DNA from: Bugula neritina
Lineage: Eukaryota; Animalia; Bryozoa
NCBI GenBank assembly: GCA_964035545.1
Contig: OZ037771.1
Span: 7,473,190-7,537,189 of the forward strand
Direction: 5' to 3'
Length of the DNA stretch: 64,000 nt
The notes under the pieces are model-generated. The model ran no database searches and had not been told where the DNA came from. It saw only the letters and a program-made list of their open reading frames with translations. Positions 55,001 through 64,000 of the stretch are shown here, in pieces. Made by a program: the position numbers and the translations under genes. How positions within the stretch are numbered: position 1 is the first letter of the stretch; each line of letters begins with the position of its first letter.

Positions 55001-58000
55001 TGTTATATAACAGGTAAATTAGCTCATACCTCTCAGACTGCATACTCTATGATCTTATATATTAAATGCAGGTAAATGAACAATGTTATGTACTTTTTAA
55101 CAACAATTATACTGTGTTCAGGTTTGAAGTACTTTTTCATATTGTATTAACGTGTGATTTCATAACCATAAGTGTTAATATTGTACTGTTGGTGTTTGTA
55201 GATCGTATGATTGCCATGTCATTTCCTTCTCAAGGCATTATGAGTCTTTATAGAAACCCAATTGAAGAAGTTTCGCGGTTCTTCAACCGTAAATATCCAG
55301 GAAAATACAGAATATACAACTGCTGTAGTGAGTGTAATATGTAGAAGATATATAATTATTATAGCAAATATATTATATAAAATATATAATTGTTGTAGTA
55401 AGTGTAATATATAGAATATATAATTATTATAGCGATTATAATATACATATAGAATAACTGTAGAGTTTCATGTCAGGTGAGAGAGGTTACGATGAGGTCA
55501 AGTACTTCAATGATTCCGTCTACAGAGTGAGAATAGATGATCACAATGTGCCCACCTTGCAGCAGATGCTCGACTTTGTTAAAGATGTGGAGCAGTGGAT
55601 GAATGCTGATAGGTCTAATGTTATAGCTATTCACTGTAAAGGTTTGTCCCCTCTCTTCCTCCTTCTAACTCTCACAGCCGTCTTCATAATGTTTTTACAC
55701 TTATTAAGTTTTGTTTTCAAATTCTTACTTTAAAATTCGGTGCAACTAATCATGGTGATTGATTTATTTTATTTTGTGATAAATTGATTTTTTGTAACAG
55801 GAAACTGCCGTGCTGTATTTTGTAAACTACTAATATAAGAGTTATACATAATAGTTTTGTTGTAACACATGTGACTAATTACTGTGCTAGATTATTAGTA
55901 TATAAACCGTCTCTTTAAAAACTCCATCCTTGTGAGAACCTCTGATGACAATGGGTTCTTATGTGGACTAAGTGGTGTGCCTCTAGAAATGCTAGCAATA
56001 TTGTTTAAGAAATTTTGCTGTCACTCAAGAACAATCATGATGGGATGCTCTTTCTAACAACCCCACAAATTCAGCCTTGAACCCATGGTGCTTTAATTAC
56101 TAAGTCCTTGCTGCTCCTCAGTGCAGCTATATAGAATTCCGACACCAAGAGCAAGTGCTACTAGCACACACTGGCTTGGTTGTGTATAAACTGTACATCT
56201 ATATACAATACGCGTACCGTAGGGGGTAAAGGCCGAACTGGGACAATGATTTGTATCTGGCTGCTTCACTCTGGCATATTCACTAAGGCAGACGACGCTC
56301 TAGAGTACTTTGGTAGCAGACGTACGGATCTGAGTGTCGGTTCAGCTTTCCAGGGGGTACAGACCCCTAGTCAAAGCAGGTTTGTATGAGGGTAGAGGGT
56401 GTACAGAGTAGGGTGCTATGAGGGTATACAGAGTAGGGTAGTATGAGGGTATACTGTGTACAGAGTAGGGTAGTATGAGGATATACAGAGTAGGGTACTA
56501 TGAGGATATACAGAGTAGGGTAGTATGAGGATATATAGAGTAGGGTAGTATGAGGATATATAGAGTAGGGTAGTATGAGGATATACAGAGTAGGGTAGTA
56601 TGGGGGTATGCTGTATACAGAATAGGGTAGTATGAGGGTGTACTGTATACATATCTTTAGTGAAATACTGTCAAAATATGATTTTTCCTAAACAAGCAGC
56701 ATAGGAGCAAAAAGTAACTATTTTGGAATCGTTTTTCTTTTTACATGTAATGAAGCATATTCTAATGGTTTAACTCGTAGATACGTAAATTATTACGAGA
56801 AGATGTTGACTGAACATGGCGGAAGCATGCCCAATTCACGGCTCATTAAAATAACAAAAGTATCAGTTACTGGCCTAAGGGGTGAGTTTAGTTTCTTGCC
56901 ACGGGAAAGTATGTCAAGTTTAATTATTTCACTAGAAGCTTTTATTATTCTCGGAGATTGACTTCAGAATATATTAAAATTTAAGTATCTTGTATTGTGA
57001 TTTCCCACTGTTTCTTTCATTAGATTCTAGTTTATATTGTACTTTATTACAAAGAAATAGCCTAAGCATTTTTAATATTGCAGGAATCGGTATGGGGGAC
57101 GGTAGCGATCTCATCCTACAGATAATACTCGGCGGGGACCTGATTTATGAGGCTAGGTTTGGAATTGGGACCAACTGTGAGGTTCGTAACTGTGATGTAA
57201 GGAAGACTTTGCCATCAGTTTATCAGTGAAGGCTCTTCATCTCACATGTCTAGTGTGTAGCTGCACATCGAGAGAGCTAAATACTCTTTGCTAGTTCTCA
57301 AATTAACATTCCTTTTATTGGGGGCAACCTGCTGCCAGGAGTTTGAACCTCTTTGGTACCTGATTGGTTATTTATGTAAAGACATAATTTATCCCTTGCA
57401 CTATCAGACAAACCATCTTGAATATATGACTGGCAGTATAATATGATGTTGTTTATATTGTAGTGTAAATCATATGTAGGTAGATTGCCATGCATCTGTC
57501 ACACATGAGATTGTGTAGAATCATATCTATAGTCTAGTGCAAAAGTATTTTCTATGTTATAGAAGAAACCTTTTGCACCAAGATTTTTGTTGTATTTTCA
57601 TTTTTTCATCACAAATTTACATACAGGTATTTTCCCAGGTGTTGGGTCTAGTTTTGTGCAGGCCAATGGGAAGACTGCACACGGCAATGTATCTGTTTCT
57701 TAGTTTCTACTATTGGTTGTGTTTGTTTGTTAGACTGTGTTTGAGAGAGAGTCGGCTACTATTACTGCTTCTCTCATCAACTCCCCCAATGTCTCAGGAG
57801 ATGTTAAAGTAAGATTTGATGCTACCTCCAAGATTCCGCGTGACTATGACAACTGCCCGTGGTTTTTCTGGTTTAACACATCCTTCCTCGGCAACCAAGA
57901 GTGAGTTATGTCACACCTGTCTGTCACATCACATGATCACACCTGCTGTCAAATTACACCTACTGTCAAATTACGCTTGTCCGTCACACCTGTCTGTCAC

Positions 58001-58546
58001 ATAACACCTGTCTGTCACATAACACCTGTCTGTCACATCACACTTGTCAGTCACATCACTCTTGTCAGTCACATCACACCTGTCAATCACATCACACCTG
58101 TCTGTCACAGCACACCTGTCAATCATACTAACCTGTCACATTACACATGTCAGTCACATCTACTGACTCTTCTGCTGCTTATTATTAAATTTTGCTAAGA
58201 AATGGTTTTGTGATTTTTTTTTAAACCTTAAAGGTTTTCCAAAAAAGTTTTTAGGAAGTTCTCATCACTTATGCATGTTTCTCTCTGATTCTCTCTATCT
58301 CTTTGCTTTACATGATTCTTCACAATCTTACCACCTTCCTGACCCTTAATTGGCTGACTAACTAACTCAGTAACTTACAGGATTATATCAGGCAATAAAA
58401 GTATTCAAACTGAGCCGTTTATGACTCGTTTTAGGCTGGTGTTGACGCGTGGAGAGTTGGACAATCCTCATCAACCTCGTGCTTGGAAAACTTACAAAGA
58501 AAATTTCAAAGTGACCATGCAATTTGAAGATTGCGTTTCAATGTAG
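52070..58546 (+). CDS. TPTE2: Voltage-sensing phosphoinositide phosphatase (VSP / TPTE2-like): S1-S4 voltage sensor, PTEN-like phosphatase and C2 domain
   Basis: Exons approx. 52070-52317, 52786-52969, 53555-53788, 54542-54664, 54847-55012, 55202-55327, 55478-55641, 56223-56379, 56781-56881, 57084-57181, 57733-57900, 58435-58546. S4 [13 protein letters not shown]; linker [17 protein letters not shown]; DDHNVP; catalytic HCKG|GKGRTG (VSP-type Gly, not PTEN Ala); C2 motifs FFWFNTSF and ELDNPH. Confidence 0.95.
52995..53183. mobile_element. Tc1/mariner/pogo-type MITE
   Basis: TA|CAGTGCTCCCTC...GAGGGAGCCCTG|TA: imperfect terminal inverted repeats with TA on both flanks. Second copy at 13525-13714. 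Confidence 0.8.
55922..56105 (-). mobile_element. Same SINE family, highly decayed
   Basis: CATCCTTGTGAGAACCTCTGATG...GGATGCTCTTTCTAACA...GAACCCATG fragments in the expected order. Confidence 0.55.
56385..56650. repeat. About 25-bp minisatellite (TATGAGGATATACAGAGTAGGGTAG)n
   Basis: Begins about 5 nt after a VSP donor. Confidence 0.92.
57909..58160. repeat. About 18-bp minisatellite (CACACCTGTCTGTCACAT)n
   Basis: Begins about 10 nt after a VSP donor. Confidence 0.9.
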
Positions 58547-59028
58547 GAAATTACCATTCTCTAACTGTAACAGCTGTATACAGAGCTGTTGGCAGTACTC
58601 GGGGTTGTGTTCCCTTGCCAACAATATAGACTGAGTTTAGAGAGTTCATGCATAATATTCAACTAGCCAAGTTTATTTGATGATGCATTTCAATAACCAA
58701 CAGTTACTGTTTTTTTCATTTCTTTAGCATTCATACTGTATATCTTGCCAGGCTACAATACTCTGTTTAGTAGTTATCACCTCTTTGCCTACTCAAACTC
58801 CTGGCTAGTTTTTACCACTTTTCGTGTGCTGTTTCAACTTATCAAATATATTCCAGTTTATCATTTCCTTTTTATCAATTTCCATTTATGTTATCAGCAT
58901 TGCAATTATTTTCCTTCTTTCTGTGTATATTGACTACTTATTTTTAGTGATGCAGTGATTTGTTTGCATTGATATTTTGTATAGTGGGTTTGGTGCTATA
59001 TGCTCAAGTGTTAGGTCAAAATTTTTAC

Positions 59029-59090
59029 GATATGATTATGATATGATATGATTATGATAGGATATGATTATGATAAGATATGATTATGAT
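59029..59090. repeat. (TATGA/TATGAT)n microsatellite
   Basis: Direct reading. Confidence 0.85.
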
Positions 59091-60732
59091 CAAAAATTCA
59101 CTCAGACTTAGTTCAGGCAATTTTTTTATTTTTAAAATTTGATATTTGAGCGGTTATATAATTTTTACTCGATATTATGATTCATAATAATTTCGTAGTT
59201 TCAATGAATTTTGTGTGCTTTTGGGTCTTATATTTTTGTTCAATACAAAATCATACTCTTAGCAAAAATCTTTGTGACTCAAATAACATTTTTTATAAAG
59301 AAGTTTCTGTTTTATGTATAAAACTAGTTCTTAACATTTTAAATGATGACAAGTGAGGTTTGATAATGTTCACACCCTCTCCTTTCAAGATGTAAACAGT
59401 TCCAATAACAGCATGCAGTGTTGGGATGTTTTATACTCACATAAGCCACTTATAAAATATATAGTAAGGTTGGACAAAAGCATGGGTATAGGTAGTATAA
59501 CATCAGTGGCATATTGTTACAGCTAACTTGAAACTACTTCAACGTGCACTTGCCTTTTGTTTGCCGATGACAACTGTGTTGGCGATATAAATGGGTGATA
59601 GCCGACCCCAAGGGCTTGTTGTCACAATTATGATTCCTATCTGTTATATATTGTCATACATATTTCATTGCTGACCATATGGTCTACTGCATCTTCTCCA
59701 GCTACTTGCAGACTCAAGTGTAATATTGTACAAACATAAACATTGAAGACCATTTGCGAACTATTTGAGTTTGTTAGAATCTTATTACAGAAATTGGACT
59801 ATTTTATGCTTTGATTTTTAAATCTGCTACATTTTTTGAAAAGAAATTTAAGAAATTTATCATTTAATATACAATAGAGAAAAAATGTCTGGCCCAGTTA
59901 ATTTTATTGAGCAATACTTAGTTTAAGTTTCCAAAAGGGGCTGAGTGGTTTAAATATTTATTCTGAATGAGTAGTACTTTATCAAAGCTGCTTACTAAAC
60001 TAAATATCTTGATTATAAGAAATTTAACATTTTACTTCAACAGCTCATTTGTATGTTCAATTTTTTTATTTCTACTTTAAATAAACCAGGTATAGCGCTT
60101 ATTTTCAAGTCTAAAGGAAGCTTTAGCCAAACATTTTCTACGTCCTCTTTTTTGTTTTGCAACGGAACGTGTGCCAGTGATGCTAACTAGCTTTATTTTT
60201 TTGAAGTTGCTCCTCAATTACTAGTTCTATCACTAATAATCAATGCTAACCCAATTATCCTCTTCAGTAACGTTCACTTGTTCCCCTACCATAAGGTTGA
60301 GGCTTTATTAAGGAGACAGCCTTGAGACAAAGAGGCCACATTTAGGTAGTATTATGAGTTTTCCTGTGATTAATAATTTTTACTTGCATTTAATCAGTTT
60401 TAAAATTTAGTTTAGTGTTTGAATATTCATTAAGCACATGCATGGGATTATAGTTTGATAGTGTTTTGCTGTGAGCTTGCATTATTAATTTTGTTAATTA
60501 AGTTTACCAGTTCCTAGATATGCCTCCGCAAGGGAATCCTTTAAAACTAAGTTACTGCTAATTGTAGTCACATTTAACCAAATTAGTGGACATCACCACC
60601 ACATGTTTATAGGAACATAACTCAACCTAATCCGATATACCTCAGATAATATTTAATAGACTGCTAGCAATTTTTTAATATAATACTAAACTATTAGATT
60701 TATTCACAGAAAATTACATTATTGTGTTTCGC

Positions 60733-63700
60733 ATGGCTTACACTTATCTTCATCAAGCTGCCGCTGTCGCTCAATTTGATCCTGGATCTGTAGGCTGCAG
60801 CAGTGCTGTAGGTGCTTCAGGTAAGTTGATAATAAAACTTTAGTTTTGACTTTTGGGTTAAATATTTAGTTTTGGGTTAAATACTTTTAGACTTATTTGT
60901 TTTACAAGCTAATTAATGGGAATTCCACTCTCAACAAAACTGCTTCCCTATTATATGCAATAAATTTCAAACACATTGAATATAATAATATTATATTATA
61001 CTTTGTTATAGCTCTGATATATTATTTATAATATTTCTTATTTTAGTATTTCTAGTTTATAAAGCATATTCTACACAAATCAATTTTGATGCAAATAGTT
61101 TCTTTATTGACTCAAAAAGTTTATTCTTCTAGTTGAATTATTCAGTTATAGTTTTAAAGTGAAGAAACTAATGCTAGCATTTCTTTGTGTTGCAATAGTG
61201 TTTTAGGCTATATTTGGGGAGATCTTTAGTTTAATATTATTTTTATAAGCATCTTTAATAAAATTTGGATAATTTATCTTGTTTAATTGATGTTATCAAA
61301 GGTTTTGATAGCTTTTTGGAGGGAAATTTAATTCAAACTGCAAGTTGTGGGCTTAGTTCACAGCATTAACTACATAGCTAATAATGTTTTTCTTTTAAAT
61401 AAAAAATTCTTATAGGTTTCGGAGGGGCTCATGATCACACTAACTTCAACTTGGCGTGCTCTTATGCTACTATCCCTAATGCTGCACCTTTCCATAACAC
61501 AGACCATGGGCAACAGACGGCATACAGGTAAGAAGTGGACAGTGTTGTGTAAAATGAACATTCTTTACACTTGAACTCTTCACACAAAGAAACTAATAAA
61601 CTATGAAATAAGTTTACTAAATAATAACTGAGTTTTTTTACCATGTACATTATGAACGTAACATTACAAATTAGATTGTTTAGAATGTAGCATTTGGAAT
61701 GCTTTTGATTACTTGTAAGTCTAAAAGACCTGTCTAATGCTTACAACTTCATTAGGCACATTTCAATTAGAATAATTTATATGTTCACAGATAACCTGTG
61801 TTTTTGTTCTATATTACAGCAGCTTATGCCTGTCAGTATTTAGTGTAAGATTATTATAAAATATTCAATATCTTTAAAGTTAAAATGAGAAAAAGTTTGA
61901 CTTTTATAAAGTTTAAGCTTGCAGCTTATGAATGGGCCAATCAGCTGGCTCTCATAAAACAAAATTTTCATTTTTCAAGAACTTCAAAAGGACAAGTATT
62001 GCTAATTTATGTATATGAATAAAAAAAGTCCAGAATTGTTATGTAAATATAAAACAATAATAATAGTCAATTTTTTCCCCAAAAAATAATGATCTAGTTT
62101 ATGTGTATTCTTTAAAAAGTATATGGCCTGATTTTATAATTAAAAAACTTAACGTAACAGGAGAGATTGTGTTCTCTTTGGGACAAAATCCCTTGCAAGA
62201 GGAAAATTTATTGTTGTGTGTTATAAAAAGTTGAAAGACTTTGGAATCTAGATGTGTAGTTCTAGATAGTCAGATAATGTATGCAGATACATTAAAAAAA
62301 TAGAAGTCGTCACAAAGTTTTTGCTCGTTATAAAATATTCCTTATAAGACATAAACTTATTAAATTGGTCATACAAATATAAACTCATACTCGAATTACA
62401 TGTTTCTGCAGCGCCGCGTGAGCCAACATAATAATCTATTCTACAGACTATTTTGGCTTTTTCGATCTGTATCAATAAAGAACGATATTTTGACACTTAT
62501 TTATAATTAGTAGTCTACAATGTATAAGTCACATTTAAACTGAGCATTTCACTTCAAATGTGCTAAAGTTGTATGCAAAAATAAATAAATAAATTATTAT
62601 AGTTTAATCTTAAGTTAATTGCAAATCATATAATATTATTAATTCAACAATCTTCAGGTACCCCTACAACTCTCAGCCCTACCAGCCAATGGGAGGAATG
62701 TCGTCTGTATCCGACCACTGCGGTCAGCTGGTCAGTCACATGACTGGTCACATGGGCCGCACCATCAACAGTAACCTGACGCCAAGTGTCCAGCACAGCA
62801 CGACAAACGCATTCGCTGCTTCAGGTTAGATTGTTAAACATTTAGACTTCAGAAAAAAACATCGCGCAAGTCTGTAGTCACTATCCCTGTGAGAAACCCT
62901 GACGGAAAAGTTTTTTTAAAATAGGCTCAAGACTTTTTTGATGTGGCACCCATGCACTTATATAATATGACTGAATACTATCCTTAACATTATTGCTAGA
63001 CCAATTGCGTTTCACCAGCCCTACACTTGCTCTCCATTATTTAGAGATGATATTTGATCTTTAGTTTTCTGATACAGCAGCAATGTCTGGAAGCAATTAA
63101 AATGGAAACCTTTGATTATTAATTGAAACCTTTCACCATTTAATATATAACTATGAGTACAGCTTTTAAATAATTTGTTTAGATACAAAAATATCAAATA
63201 ACTTTTGTTTATTTACACATTTTCTAATCAAGTATAATATAATTCATCATATTAAAATAGCACAGTGTGATATAGCAGTAGAATATATTTCAATATAATA
63301 ATAGCAAAAGATAGCATAACAATATCAAACTAGCACATTTTAATCTCAGCAATAATAAATAAACATTTTAATTTTTGGTGTGTATAAATGAAAATTACGA
63401 TTCATATTTGGAAAGTCTGTGATTTTCGTATCGTGTTGATTGATCTGTGACTAAAAACATGTAAACTCACTTTAAGATAATCACAGCTATTTCAATTTAT
63501 ACAGCATTGTGTTTGCTTTGCTGCTAAAACTCTGCATACAGAAGGAGTGAGAATATGATCAACATAACCTATTTCTTCAGGTCTAACTGCATACAGCAAG
63601 CTCTACCCAACCACGCAGATATCTAGTCTGGATTCCTACAGCTCATCTGCCGAGAAGAGGAAACAGAGGCGTATCAGAACGACCTTCACCTCTAGCCAAC

Positions 63701-63801
63701 TGAAGGAGTTAGAAAGGGCGTTTGCAGAGACCCACTATCCAGATATATACACCAGAGAGGAGATTGCTATGAAAATTGATTTGACAGAGGCCAGAGTGCA
63801 G
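60733..63801 (+). CDS. PHOX2: Paired-like homeobox Phox2 (3' exon outside window)
   Basis: Exons 60733-60820, 61416-61527, 62658-62824, 63581-63801 splice in frame. [50 protein letters not shown] ends at the conserved paired-class intron. Start MAYTYL resembles the Phox2 N-terminal YSYL motif. Confidence 0.93.
62868..62992 (-). mobile_element. Same SINE family, diverged 3' part
   Basis: AGTCACTATCCCTGTGAGAAACCCTGA...ATGACTGAATACTATCCTTAACAT. Confidence 0.7.
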
Positions 63802-64000
63802 GTAGGATATTTCTACATACAAATATAAACTTTGTGTATTACTTGGGTCTATTCTCTCTGTTACAAATATTTCATTGAATGTTGTTATATAATGAATTTC
63901 ATAAACTTTTTGAAAAAATAAAATTTTAATGAAGAAGTTATAGTAAATTTCATACTAGGAAATATTATTAATTTGTTTTACCATAATTGGGTTGTTATAA

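Noticed and set aside
55202-56379. Calling the phosphatase PTEN
   Set aside because: Upstream S1-S4 exons and the HCKGGKGR motif indicate VSP/TPTE.

Overview
AT-rich, intron-rich animal (invertebrate; lophotrochozoan-like is only an inference) nuclear DNA, not prokaryotic. Most ORF-track entries are exon fragments or repeat translations. Manual splicing gives seven genes: WDR19/IFT144 (minus, 25 exons visible, 3' end beyond the window start), B3GALNT2 (plus, head-to-head with WDR19), a Fer3/FERD3L bHLH gene (plus), a TSTD3-like rhodanese (minus, tail-to-tail with Fer3), ANKLE2 (minus), a voltage-sensing phosphatase VSP/TPTE (plus, divergent from ANKLE2) and Phox2 (plus, truncated by the window end). 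Introns hold about seven copies of a tRNA-derived SINE, two copies of a Tc1/mariner-type MITE, two palindromes and many minisatellites. The most striking pattern is that several minisatellites are tandem amplifications of the exon-intron junctions themselves, giving arrays of GT...AG units or in-frame decoy acceptors. Also notable: a TP-rich coding repeat in ANKLE2 that shares its core with an intronic minisatellite in VSP, a Gln at the Ci-VSP E411-equivalent position, a GC-AG intron, and probable 3' overlap of Fer3 and TSTD3. Exon coordinates were read by eye and may be off by a few nt. Homology calls rest on remembered protein sequences, not database searches.
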